Part shown: piece after piece, positions 37,800 through 49,997 of the stretch
Position numbering within the stretch: position 1 is the stretch's first letter
Layout of the letters: every line of letters starts with the position of its first letter
NCBI GenBank assembly: GCA_011109175.1
Contig: RDEW01000001.1
Coordinates: 1,502,360-1,566,359 of the forward strand
Reading direction: 5' to 3'
DNA: 64,000 nt
Source of the DNA: Dicyema japonicum
Taxonomy: Eukaryota > Animalia > Dicyemida
Notes under the pieces: model-generated
Databases searched by the model: none
What the model was told of the DNA's origin: nothing
What the model saw: the letters and a program-made list of their open reading frames with translations, nothing else
Program-made: the position numbers and the translations under genes

Positions 37800-38650
37800 G
37801 AAAACCCCATTGTAGTGGCAAAAAATTACCATCTTCAAAATGTTTACTTAGTCTTATGAATACGAGAATGCCCAACTAATAGGTCTTTAGCTCGATGGAG
37901 CTCTCCTCAGCTTTCCCGGTTTTTAGAGCTTCCTGTTGATCGACTTCTTCTATGAATAAGGAATATGTTCAAGTCTGAGGCTATCCTTTTCGGATATGGC
38001 CTCTCTATTCTCTCGATCAAGTGTCTTAACTTCCACCTTAGGCGGTTCCTCTCACGTATTGAATTCAGAGGTATAGAAGACGCAGAATTACTATGAGAAG
38101 ACCTTGAGAATATCCTCTTTCCATAAAAGTCATATCCCGGGTTGAGTACTCCTTAGGCCATTCCGACAGAAATGCCGATAGTGTTCCCAGTCCACAACAG
38201 ATACGGCAACTCTAAGGAAAACATCTTTAACGATATCCGGCTTCAGTCTGACGATCAGCTCTTACATTTGTCATCAACATTATAAGAAAAACGATTGGGA
38301 TCTTCCGACGTTAGAACCTCAAATCCGTCCATCTTGGTTTGCCCTGACATTTCCACATTAAAATCTACTAAAATTAATTCGGATTCTTGCTGTCTCAAGG
38401 TTCTTCAGAGGAAGTAGCCGAGATGACATTAGGATTAAGAATTTGGAGATAATCAAGATAGAAGGTCCGTATCGGTGACAATACTATACTTCCATAATAA
38501 ATTCATCGATTGGTAACCTTCCAGTACTGGGACAGCCAATCGTCTTAGGTTTTGTTTCATTAACTACTAGGACATCAACCTTAGAGGTCACCGCAAAGGT
38601 CGTCATGCTTTTCCTTAAGGTACGGCCAACACCCAGAACTATAATTAGCC
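37800..38650 (-). mobile_element. Decayed LINE APE-endonuclease region
   Basis: VDVLVVNETK and LILVDFN motifs. Confidence 0.45.
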
Positions 38651-39263
38651 CTTTAGTAAGCACACTTTATGGTAACCTGATCTCTCCATAACCAGGGCCA
38701 CCGTTTTTGCTATTTCTCTTAATTAACAATTTTTGACCGCGTATTTCTCATTGGCTCAACTTTCTCATACACCTCCAACAAGTTTACCGCTTTTCCAGAT
38801 GGGCATCCACCGTATCCGTGGCCCTCATCATAATCTTGCAGTCGTGTCCTCCCGTCCAGTGAAGACATCTCTTCTATTCTTTAAAGATCTATTAAGAAGG
38901 AAAAACGGATACATTTTGAAAAAGTTAGTTTTTTGAGTTTTTTTTTGTAAAAAATCAAAGCTCAAAATAAACAAAAATTTAAGCTCAAAAGTAGATACAT
39001 TAAATGTATTTTCAAGTGATTGTTTCCCATGACAACTGCCAAATAAAACCTGAGAAGTAACCACTCAGTTTCCCAAAGTTGGTTACTCGCTTTCTTTATA
39101 ATGGACCCTAACGATCCTAGAAGAGACCGTCTTGGGGCCGAAAGTGTATTATGGTCAGTATTATGGTATCTGACTATATAGATAATTACTAAGTTAATTG
39201 AGCGGAAGGTTATATCCCCGCGTATAGTCAAAGTGAATTGCGCATATTGCCAATTAATCGCGT

Positions 39264-39592
39264 ATTATTTTTATTTATTTATTAACCCCGGATACACCAA
39301 GAACGAAGTTAAAGTAAACAACTAATTAAGTGTATCCAGTTTCCACTTCTACAGAAACAGAGTCCATCCGGAATCAACATAAAAGTAGGACGTCCATTAC
39401 ATGCAGTTGTGGAAACCCCTCCAGTGGAGTGGGGGAGAGCAAATGATCTTTTTTTGTGCCGGCCTGGAACTGGGCGCCACCTGACAGGTGGATCACATGA
39501 CGCCACTCTAATAGGAAGAGAGAGGAGGAATAGACAAGCAAGCATAAAACTTCAACAAATTAACCACGCAGCACCACATGGCGCCACGCGGC
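39264..39592 (-). mobile_element. SINE-like family B, longest copy
   Basis: Full head, core, 3' GGATACAC/GTGTATCC stem and A-rich tail. A candidate 13-bp TSD ATTAATCGCGTAT lies at 39253-39265 and 39606-39618, 13 nt beyond the head. Confidence 0.8.
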
Positions 39593-39754
39593 TTATTAAA
39601 ATATCATTAATCGCGTATAAAGGGACTATATCCATTATTTTATTTAGTTAAATATATCCATTTATTTTATTTAGTTAAATTTGCCACATGTATTAATTTA
39701 ATTTAAATTTAATAAATAATTAATTCAATATTTTTAGATTAATAATAAATTAAT

Positions 39755-39760
39755 CACGTG
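39755..39760. promoter_or_regulatory. E-box (CACGTG) just upstream of NOC2L
   Basis: It sits in AT-rich DNA 18 nt before the putative ATG. Myc/Max E-boxes are common at ribosome-biogenesis genes, but CACGTG is frequent in this window. Confidence 0.25.
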
Positions 39761-39778
39761 TCTGTTTGTGCTATTGTG

Positions 39779-41484
39779 ATGCCAAGTTCATCTGACATTG
39801 TAGTAAATTATAGTTTACTTTTAGAGTAATATAATATCACTCTGCCAACAGTTTACTGATGCCTGCACGAAACAGTCTTCTGGTAATATCGGTCATGCTT
39901 ATTTGATAGAAAGCAGTCACGATACTGTTTCTCACTTAATGTCCCAGATCTACGAAAAAATTACAGAGTCATATGGAAAGGATTTGCTTTCTTGCTCAGT
40001 GGCCGTAATCAAGTCCAGACTGACAAAATCTTCAGGTATTAGGCCTGCCTTTAAAGATTATCTCACTTCTATGATTTCTGTAAGTCTATTATCTTAGTTT
40101 AGCTGATGAATTCCGCGAATAACGACAATTTGGAGATTTACTTGGGTTACTGTTGGCAGATTGCTGGTCTTTTTATGATTTTCAATAAATTGCCTTATCA
40201 GCTAATCGACGTTGTCATAAAATGCTGGGGATTGGTCGACTCACATAGTGTAAGAGTACGGTCCTTCCTTTTTGCCCACAGGCTACTTAAATTGGGAGAT
40301 GAAGAATTCGCCAAGAAAACCCTTAAAGTGAATTTTCTCTTTATTTCAGAAATTCTTCACTTGTTATATGCAAAACACAAAGTTTGTCACCGAACACTCT
40401 CTTCCTTTCGTTAACTTCATGGTTCGGTCCCTTTGTGAGCTTTTTGCCATCAGCAACGTGCTGGCATACCAGTACACCTTTGTGTATGTCAGACAGATGG
40501 CCATTCGTCTGCGGTCTGCCATTACTTCTCACGGAGCTGTAGTTTTTTGTATATGACCACCGTAGAAAGAGATGGAGACTGTAAGAAGTTGGCAGTTCGT
40601 CTGCTCCCTCAGACTATGGACTCACGTGGTCTCCTCTCACAGTGGTGAAGAGATGAGACTGTTGGTCCATCCATTAGTTCAGATCATAACCGCCTCCATA
40701 AAGTTTGCTGTGTTGCTCATCCAAGACTGTTCAACTCTGTACGGTTTATTCCACTGAGATTCCACCTGATTGAGTTGTTGAATATGCTGGGGTGGAGTAG
40801 TGGGATGTATGTCCCCACATTTGGACTGGTCATGGAGGTTGTCCTTAGTTATATGTGAGGTGTTTGATTTGGTCGATTTTAACAAAAAAGGGAAAAATGT
40901 AAAGCTTGGCATGTCCGCCATTATTCACTTTTCTGATTCACAGATCAGGGAGAGGTCCTTTGTGGTTTGAGTTATGTTTTACCCCAGGACTGCGTGGTTG
41001 AAGCAATCGAAGCTGGGATTGTGGAGTCTGCAGGCATCCACGCCCAGTCAATGGCTTTCCCCGAATTTGTTGTCCCTGTTTCCATGAAGGTTTTCGTTTT
41101 CGTCATGGTAGTTACGGAAATTCTTGAAGAGATGTAAAGTCCCTGAGTATTACAGAAGATTCAAGGGTGTCCTGGGACAGATTGACGAAAATTCAGAATT
41201 CATTAAAAGTAAGAGGACGTCGAAGCCTAATATGGAAGTAAGTTTGTGGTGGTGTTGTTTAGAGTGATAATATCAAGGAAGAGACTCCTCTCAGTTTGTT
41301 CTATAAAAAATGGAAGAAGGAACGGGAGAAGACTGTTGATCTTGTTTGACTTTGTAAGTTATTGTAGACTGGAAAGAAGAGGTTGAAGAAGGCTAAGGAA
41401 CCCCTAGGAAATAAGAAAGTAAAATTGAAAGAACTTGAAGCTTCGGATTCTGACTCTGAATTTATTATTAATGTTAATAAATAA
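39779..41484 (+). CDS. NOC2L: Nucleolar complex protein 2 homolog, multi-exon
   Basis: YQYTFVYVRQMAIRLRSA, WQFVCSLRLW..LLVHPLVQI, AFPEFVVP and TPLSLFYKKW match NOC2 motifs. Introns are 22-27 nt. The start and first exon are uncertain. Confidence 0.85.
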
Positions 41485-41899
41485 AATTGAGAATTTTTAA
41501 AATGTTCGGGATTTATAATTAATTTGTAATTTCTGAGGTGAGGCCACTATATTAATTTTAAATTTGATGATGGGGGTTTCGCATCAATATTATCTTTCTG
41601 GAGTATTTGACTGTTTCCTGACAGATATAGACTCAGAGGGTGAAGTATAAAATGTCTATTTTACTTCATGATGGATGAAAGCCTTGTCATTTTTCTTCAT
41701 TTGAACATGAAAACGTGACGGGCTCGGGAGATATTGGATAATCGAAGTTCTGAGCTAAGGAAGAGTTATGCCCACGTGAGATCCGGACTCGAATCTGCAA
41801 GTATAGATGATAGTATGATTTTGCATACAAATAATATTGAACTTAGAAAATTAAGATGATTTTGGTGGGTGCTAAATACGAGCGCTTAAATTCACGTTT

Positions 41900-42090
41900 A
41901 TATGACCAAATCGAGATGGTTTATGATTCAAAGCTCGCTGCTGTCCATTTTGAAGGTTCCTCGCATCTGGGATTGACGAGTGACGGCGTCATCACTGATT
42001 CATCACCGTGGAACCGGATTGTCTCGGGGAAGCAAAAAAAGTTAAGAACACCATCTATGTCTTGGATTAATTAACATGACTTTAATAAAG
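41900..42090 (+). mobile_element. SINE-like family A copy
   Basis: TCGCTGCTGTCC..GAAGGTTCCTCGCATCT, TTGACGAGTGACGGCGTCATCA, CACCGTGGAACCGGATTGTC and AAAAGTTAAGAACAC. Confidence 0.7.
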
Positions 42091-42179
42091 TGTGAGTTCA
42101 GTCACTTCGTAAATTTACCACAATTTTTGAAAATTATTTTTTTAATGTTTATTTTTTTAAATATTAAAAAAATTCAAAA

Positions 42180-42625
42180 ACAAGCATGGGTTGGGACTGC
42201 TATTGTTGGAAATTACTCAAGATTTAAGATTGCCCAAAAAGTCGATATATAGAAATGATAATAAGTATATCGTTTGAAATGAAGCAGACAAATTTATCCT
42301 CTTTTTAAAAAGAAATCTGTTGAAGAACAGGCAATGCTAATGGATAGAAAATTTCTCTAATCTCAGTTCAAATCAGGAATCCTAAATTGAAAACATGTGA
42401 GTTAAAATTCCCCGAGCTAGATGAAAAATTGGGTGAATGCATGGATTCAATGGAATCGTAAGGTACAATATTTACTCTAACAGTTAAGGTGTTTCATTGA
42501 ACGGTGGAGAAACGCGTACTGAAACACATGTGGATATTAATGAACTTCTAAAAGAATTTGAAGAAGTTTCTGAGACATGCTTACCCGACCATATTTACAA
42601 TTTGGATGAAACGTGAATTTTTTGT
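42180..42625 (+). mobile_element. Tigger/pogo-like transposase remnant
   Basis: KFPELDEKL (CENP-B-type HTH) and IYNLDET (start of the DDE domain). Confidence 0.6.
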
Positions 42626-42780
42626 AAGCTGCTTCACTCGGTTGACGAGTGACGCCTTCACCAGTGTTCACCACTGCGGAACGGTTGTACTATGGAATTC
42701 ACACAAAAGGAAAAAATGAAATGTTAAGAACACTTCCAATGTCTCGGATGTGTTTTTGTTTAATTTACATGACTGTTCTT
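42625..42780 (+). mobile_element. 5'-truncated family A copy
   Basis: TTGACGAGTGACGCCTTCACCAGTG..CACTGCGGAAC..TCACACAAAAG..GTTAAGAACAC..ATGTCTCGGA. Confidence 0.65.
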
Positions 42781-43499
42781 ATTTCCTAAAATAGAGAGTC
42801 AATTCTGCCTAAGGTGGGTTTAAGTAATGGAACTACTCCTTGCCGGAAGGGTTGTCTTTTATGTGTCCATCCGAAGTACATGTAGATCCCTATTTGATCG
42901 ATATAAAAATTTAAAAATAGAGTTTCAGTGATGTTGTGTACAATTATGTGAGGAACGCAAAAGCCCACTATTATAGGAACAGCAATGATTCCCAGATTTT
43001 TTTAAAAATGTGATCATAGTTGTTGTCTCCTGTTACAATTCTAGAAAGGGGAATAATAATCGCACTTTCCGAATTCCAGAAGGGAGAAAACTCAGACGAT
43101 TTATTAAAAATTGAGAAAAAGTCAGTTATGTTAATGAAAACTGTTTTACACGTTTATTTTAATAAACAAAAAATTTAGTTGTTATTACGAGGTTTCATTA
43201 TGGCCAGCAATCGAGTAGACAATGGGAGTTACCTCTCATAATCGCGAGCACAATGATCAGTTGTCTCTGATTATATTATTTTTTATAGTGGCAACCCTAA
43301 ATTTTTAGCGAGATTTCCAGAATTTTTCATTGTCACATATCACTTTCTACATTTAATGCATTCTTGAGCAAGAAAAAAGAGACATTTGAATCGAAGGAGG
43401 TTATTCTCTCCGTAAAAACTTTTTTCCTTTGCTAGGAAGGTGGTTTTCTAACTCTGCATTTCCTAGCGTACATCATAAAAAGTTTACCCTGTCCATAGA

Positions 43500-44900
43500 A
43501 GTGATGGTGATCCCTGGTTGAAAGGTTTCGAATGCGTGACACGCAGCTTAGAAATTTGGGGTTGAAAAAGAGATGTCACCAGATTCGATGTTGACACTCC
43601 GGCCTAATTCAACTAAGGCTGGAATAGCTGAAGAAACACCGTGAAATTATATTCTATGGGCCAGCTATAGAGCCATCACCCAAGTACCACGTGTTGAATT
43701 CGTAGTTTACGTTGCGCTCCGCACTATCAATCGTCAAAGCGTAAAATAAGGGCCTTATGGAGTCCCCCAATCTGAAATCCGATGCGGGAATGAACGATTT
43801 CGTTTTCGTTTACTAAGGATGACTCTGTCCCTTACTATAGGTGTACAAGCAGAGAGATTTCTGTCGCTCTTGTCAAGCAAGTCTCCAAAAAACAGCCCCT
43901 CCTTAACAAATTGAAGACATTCGATACATCAAGTTTCAGGCATTGGGCTTTGGGATTTTCCCTGCTGAAGTAACTCCTCGTTGCGTGCACTGCTGCCTTG
44001 CATCCACTGACCACACCCACGCCAAATTGAGTCGGGAAGAGTTAAGAAAGATTCTCAAGTCCTCGCTTTTAACAGCTAGCCTTCGGAAGTATGATCCAAT
44101 CGCAATTGGGCAAATTTCACCATCTTGTCGAAATATCCGCAAAAAAGAACAGGTCGAGAACAGGTCGGTGATAGACATGATCAAAGCTCAACCCGCTTCA
44201 GCAGTAGCCTCTGAAATTAAATCCTTTACATGGCTTGGGGGTAGTTCATCCAAACCTGCAACTGATGGATGCACATGACTTTATTCCTCGTGGTTCCGTG
44301 AGAGTAAGTATCGAGAGATCTTCCGACAACGTTAGGTGACTACTGTATTCCGAAGATGGAGCAGGGTGCTTTCTTCTTGATAACTCCAAGATTGCTGGAC
44401 GCAGTTTCATGAGTTTATGTCACAAAACACAACCCTTACAGCACCACTTCTATCAGTTTTTGGTTCTCCCTAAATTTTAGTGCTTTATAATTTTTCAGTT
44501 TTCGTCCTGCTTCCAGAGACAACTGTTCCCGTCGAGGTACTTGCTCAGCCTTGATTACTGAAGTTTGCTATGCTAGAAGGCAGAGGTTTTTTCAAATTTC
44601 TAGTAATTCAATAGTCATAAGTGCGAAGCTCAGTAGCCGTAACCAAGAGGTCTGGTCATTGATACTGATGGCTTTGTGATTAATGACGCGAGCTATTCAG
44701 CAGCACGAAGAGGAGTGGCTTTGGATATCTTTAGTGAAATCCTCTTTGCCTTCCGATTTTCAGATAAGCGTAACAAAAGGGTACAATGCTTCTAGAATAC
44801 GGGGAATGATTAACTTTAACGAATTGGCGTTTGGGGTTCCGAATAGGAGCAGTATCCATTCAATACGCGCAGACCTTTTGTAAAGTGATTTTGTCGCCAG
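43500..44900 (-). mobile_element. Decayed CRE-clade element
   Basis: ISKATPLRAAE.LASLI N-terminal motif, ICPIAIGSYFRRLA, LKLDVSNVFN and an SDFRLGD (QGD-like) remnant. Confidence 0.7.
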
Positions 44901-45130
44901 TTTCGACATTCGCACGCACTCGAGGTGAAAAATCGCTCGTAAGACCCACAGTTCAAGCCATACTTCCTTGCGTTACAAAATCCAAAAGATGCGAAATTCT
45001 CCTCAGATCTCACAGGTAGAATGTAGATAATATGTATCCTTTTCTGTTAATGGATCCTTCAGTGATTTTCGGAATCTTTCGTCTTCTTCATTGGTTGCTT
45101 TCTTCCTTAGATGTTTTCAGTATGAAAGTT

Positions 45131-45202
45131 GGCTCCATGGCTCAGTGGTAGAGCGTCTGTCTAGTAAACAGAAGGTCGCGAGTTCGATCCTCGCTGGAGC
45201 CT
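45131..45202 (+). tRNA. tRNA-Thr: tRNA-Thr(AGT)
   Basis: Acceptor stem GGCTCCA/TGGAGCC; anticodon arm TCTGT-CTAGTAA-ACAGA with AGT at 45163-45165; T-loop GTTCGATCC; oligo-T terminator immediately downstream. Confidence 0.96.
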
Positions 45203-45340
45203 TTTTTTGTTTTATATTTGACTCAATTAAATATCATCTTAATACAAATTGATAGCTAAAAATCAATGTTTTGTTCCGCTCACAGCCAAAACGTCTGGTT
45301 CCCTTGCGCCTTCGACGCTGGAATTCCAGGACGTCTAAAG

Positions 45341-45423
45341 CAGGCATGTCAAACTCAAAATGCTCGAGGGGGCGCATAAGATAAATTGAGGACACAAGCG
45401 GGCCACACTCGTTGAAATGCCTG
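45341..45423. mobile_element. 83-bp hAT-Charlie MITE
   Basis: Left TIR CAGGCATGTCAAAC, degenerate right TIR GTTGAAATGCCTG, and an 8-bp TSD GTCTAAAG/GTCTAATG (7/8). Confidence 0.75.
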
Positions 45424-45719
45424 GTCTAATGGAATGGGGATTTCTACACGAACAGGAGATCTCCGTGAGTACTGGTGGCTATTTGAGCGCATCTCGTTCG
45501 CCATTTTTAGAGAAAATAGCCACACAGTCATTGCGGCTACTATATGACCCTCGGTAGATTGTTTCTTTTTAATTATTAGGAAATTAACAGTTTTTTTGAA
45601 TCCAAAATATTCTAGACATCTAAATTAACAACTTCCGGACTCTCCGACCAGTCAATCAGCCTTTGCGATTCTCTTGCTAGCATTTCCGCTTCTCCCCCAT
45701 TTTCTGGACCATCAGCTCT

Positions 45720-46170
45720 TTATCAGTGTCGTGCCCTCCTTCCCGACTTGTAACCAATAAGAGGATTCCTCACCACTCCCCAGTTTTTATTGATCCCCAT
45801 TGTTAGTTCATTGAAGCCGTGCTTATATTCGATAGTCATGCTCTCTAGGGTTTTTTAGATGTACGCTCGAGTGCTACCGGTAATTCCAATAATGTTCATG
45901 TATGACTTGAAAAACCTGAAGACAATCCCATCCCAGGTCAGAACAGTGGGAGTATTTTCACTTTGGCTTTGTATATGATCTCTAATTTGCTCGCTAAGTT
46001 TTTTCCACTTCAACAGCCTTAAGATTGTCCATTGATGTCACTCCAACTTCAGCCAGCCATGTTTGGTTCATTTTCTAATCATACTAGAAAATATCAGGCT
46101 TGTTATTCGACACTTTGGACTCCGTTGGAATAGTTGTATCAACTCGGATCTCAGCATACTGGTTTGTAAT
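45720..46170 (-). mobile_element. R4/NeSL-like RLE-domain fragment
   Basis: NKPDI..AEVGVTS..VEVEK..VLTWDGIV..RAYI..TLES, the same family as 48600-49620. Confidence 0.7.
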
Positions 46171-48599
46171 TATGCTTTGAATAGAATGCGACTTCATTTT
46201 TTTGATTTTTTTAAATTCGAATTTCCTGGATAATTGCACGTGAATGCATTTGACTATTTAATTGTGTCGTCTTGTATAGTCAGAGTTTAACATTCTGTCA
46301 CACCTCGTGGCCATGTGATCGACCGTTTTTTGAGGTATTGCAATGTGGGCAGTTTTGACCAAGATCCCGGAAAAAGGAACATTGCTTCAGCCTTTGGAGA
46401 AATACTTCCCTTCGTAATCCATGTAGACGATGATTATATGTCAAATGTATAACTCTCACGTGATTCAAATAATTTTGAATGGAAACCGTTTTTGATGTTA
46501 AACAGGAGAGAATTAATTTGTGAGTTCGTTAGAGCCTGCACAATGTATATAGTTGGGCCATTTAGTATTTTACCCCCAGAAATTCTGTGATTGTGGCCAA
46601 TAGGTGTGTTTCTTAGCTGTTCGGGTAATTTTCTGATTTATCTATCAATTTCCTCGAATTCAACGGGTTCCATCTCGAGAAGACCAATATTATTATTATT
46701 ATTAAAAAACACTCCCGAAAAAACAAAAAATTAGTTAAGTTTCCCTTGTGCCGTATTCCGAGTCATCCTCTCCGTCAGCTCCGACCATGATCTTCCGTTG
46801 CGCGCTAGTTTTATATAGTCCAGGTGTCCGCCATTTCCATTATAATGTCAGATGCTGCCCACACTATTGTAGCACAGCGAATCAGATCCTGATGGACTGA
46901 AAATCCGAAACCATAATGTCGGCAGACCTGTTGGAGGGTAAAAAGGTGGAATCTGCCAAACAGTTCTGTTCATTGTACGGTCGTTTTTGTCTCTTTTAGA
47001 CAGCAGACAGATATGTCATATTTTGGCCAGTTGGTGTTTCTTGTAAGGTTGTATAAGTCTTCTGCAATTAAAAGATCCCAGAGTGAACGGAGAAGTCGGC
47101 TAGGGAATACGAATAAGACATAGTGCAATAGAGGCGTCGTCACCACCTCAACCAAAAAGAAGACCAATATAATAATCAAAAAGGGATAGAGCATGTTCAT
47201 TAATGGCTTTAAATAAATTTACCGAATTCAATTTCGTTTTTGACAGTTTTTCGATACGATCTTGCACTTCCTCTTTTATTTTTTAAGTACAACTTTTTTA
47301 ACTACTATGCTGGAATTGTCTTCTAACACCCCCAAATAGCGATGACTATCCACTCCATCCATTAATATAGCATCATTCGACAATAACTATTTGTTGCGGA
47401 TTTTTCAAAATTCGCTTCTAAACCGACCAAATTAGCTAAACATCCACATCTTTCCACGCCAGTCTCTTTTGCCAAAAGCTTCAAATCAGAGAAATGACTC
47501 GTAGAAAAGTAAAAGAAATATACTCAGCAGCATTGATAGACATGCTCGGGTATTTTGCAGACAACATTCTGCTTAGTGGATCCAAGACAAATAATAGAGG
47601 CGATAGAGTCACCCTGTAGAATACCACGTTCAATATTAATCCTTCCCAATAGGTTTCCCCCAGCCTTAATGACAGACGCCAGTTCAAAGTAATGGTTTGT
47701 ACAAATTTGGTTATTCACTCTGGCAGTCCCGAGTTTTCCAGGATTTTAACAAGGCACTAATGACTGACTGAGTCAAAAGCCTTCTTAACATCTATCCATG
47801 CACAGAACAGTTTGTTTTTGTGGTCTTTGTTTACACATCTGCTTAAAAGTGCCGAATCCTTTGACAATGCCACTTGGTCCCAAGCTGGTGCTCCGTAATT
47901 AAATCGTAAGTTCAGCATATAGAGAAATTTTCCGTTGACAAATTTCGTAGCCAGCTTGTATAAACATGGGATACATGTAATCGGCCTAAGGTCCTTAGGA
48001 TCAACAGAGCTCCTTTTTTGGGATTAGATATGTAATCCCCGTACAAACCATCTTTTCGGGTGACATCTCCCATTAATGATATCTCTGATCTCCTTAAATA
48101 AATATTAGTGAAGAGAATCCAACTTCTTGATAAAGAAGTTGTATACACCATCGACTCCGGGAGCCTTCCTATTAAAGATGCAGTCAATTAACATTATAAA
48201 ATTATCGCTTATATCAGATTCTTGATGTTCAACTCTGTATTCCAAAACTCAAATCATTTTTAACTCCCTTTCTCCAAACATCTGCCCAAAATTTAAGGCG
48301 TTCGGATGGTTCCCATTCAAAATGGCCTCTTTCAAAATGGCAACTAAATTGAATATATATTCTATCGGATCCAAGTTAAGTAACATTTGTTCTTAAACAA
48401 ATCTCAATGTATTCTCAGATAAAGCGAGGAGGAGAGGAAAGCCATTAACTAAAGAGGAAAGCCAGATAAAGCGATATATTTAGTTTTTCTAAGAATTTTT
48501 TCTCTATTTTGTAATCTTAAGAATTTTATCATTATGCTTTCTTCTTGATTTCCGATATAATTTTTCAAATTAAAAAAAAATTTTTTCAAATTTATTAAC

Positions 48600-49620
48600 A
48601 ATCAACCCCCCTTTATTTAACAAACAATAAAAAAAGTTAATATATTTAATCAACAACCTTCCTCGCCTGCCTGTTCGCCAGCCTCCTCAGGCAGGTTCGA
48701 TTCTGGTTGCTGAAACAACTCCGAGAGCGCCTTGTCTAATTGAACCCTCTGCCCATATGGCATCTCAGGGCTCTGCCTCCTATACTCCAGTGTCAGGCTC
48801 TCTAGGGTCTGCTTTAACACAGTGGACTGTAGATAGGCCTGGAGCTTCCTATCTACCCCCAACTACTTCAGATAACCCTTGCGGTACTTTGTTGCAATTC
48901 CTTCCCACGTCATCACTATAGGAATAACGAGGACCTTGCAACCAAGCATCTGGTCCATCTCGTTTGCAAGAAAATCATACATTCTTTTTTTCTCCATCTC
49001 CACAGTCTACAAATAGTCTTGAAAATCTATGATAAGGACTTGGCCAGACTTCTTATCTAGTACCAAAATGTCCGGTTTATTTTGCTTGACTAGCACCGAA
49101 GTACGGATAACATTGTCTAGCTTAATTTGGACCCTGATGTTCTCTACTACAGATTGCATCTTATGAGTCCGCAACTTTCTGGTGTTGCGAATACCATACT
49201 TATTGCATAGTAGAAGATGAAGACTCCTTACTACCTCGTTATGCCTCCACACATAGTCGTGGCAGAGCATGGATCCACATCGAGTGGCTAAATTGATCAA
49301 CCGACATGCTCCTTGACTTACAGTGGGGACATGTATTTGTTGATCGACCCCAAAAAATATTGCGATCTTGCATATACGTGTACAACGCCTCCGATCGAGG
49401 TGAGTTGTCACCGTATTTTAGCCATATTGTCGACGACTTAAGGTCGACATGTGAGTTGTCCAATGCTCTGAAGAAGACCTTATGAAGGCTTTTTAAGTTG
49501 ATCTTTTCCATCAAATTATTATATTGTAATTCGATCAACGCCTTCACATTTACTAGCCCACCATCATCAACACCATACTTAGCAGACAAAAAAGGTCTGA
49601 TAGTGCCTAGGTGGGTTGCC
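48600..49620 (-). mobile_element. R4/NeSL-like 3' fragment (CCHC plus RLE) inside the DNA element
   Basis: CPHCK..VD.HLATRC, RHNEVV, NKPDILVLDKK, AYLQSTVLKQTLES. Confidence 0.85.
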
Positions 49621-49740
49621 CGTCAAATTTATTATAATAAAAGAAATTAAAAGAAATAATAATTCATTAAATTTAGTTTTGATAAAATATAATTAATTTT
49701 TTACTCCTAAGTCACTTAGAATCTTAAAAATCATAGGGTT

Positions 49741-49997
49741 CGGAGGACCATGGTAAAATATTCCACTTACCCATAGGACGCGTTAAAATAAAATTTTTAT
49801 AAGATTTAAAAAAGATGACTTTTTTACCTAAAGATGTCGAGGACTTTGGTAAAATGTTCCAATACCCATAGGACCCGTTAAAATAAATTTTTATAAGATT
49901 TAAAAAAGATGACTTTTTTACCTAAAGATGTCGAGGACCTTGGCAAAATCAATTTTTATAAGATTTAAAAAAGATGCCCTTTTTAACTAAAGATGTC
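49741..49997. repeat. Subterminal tandem repeat, ~95-bp unit, about 2.7 copies
   Basis: TTTTATAAGATTTAAAAAAGATG..TTTTTA.CTAAAGATGTC occurs three times; GAGGAC..TGG.AAAAT heads each unit. Confidence 0.85.

Noticed and set aside
43500-45202. CRE element near tRNA-Thr as tRNA-targeted insertion
   Set aside because: It is a single case, the element's 5' boundary is undefined, and the other CRE copies are not near tRNAs.
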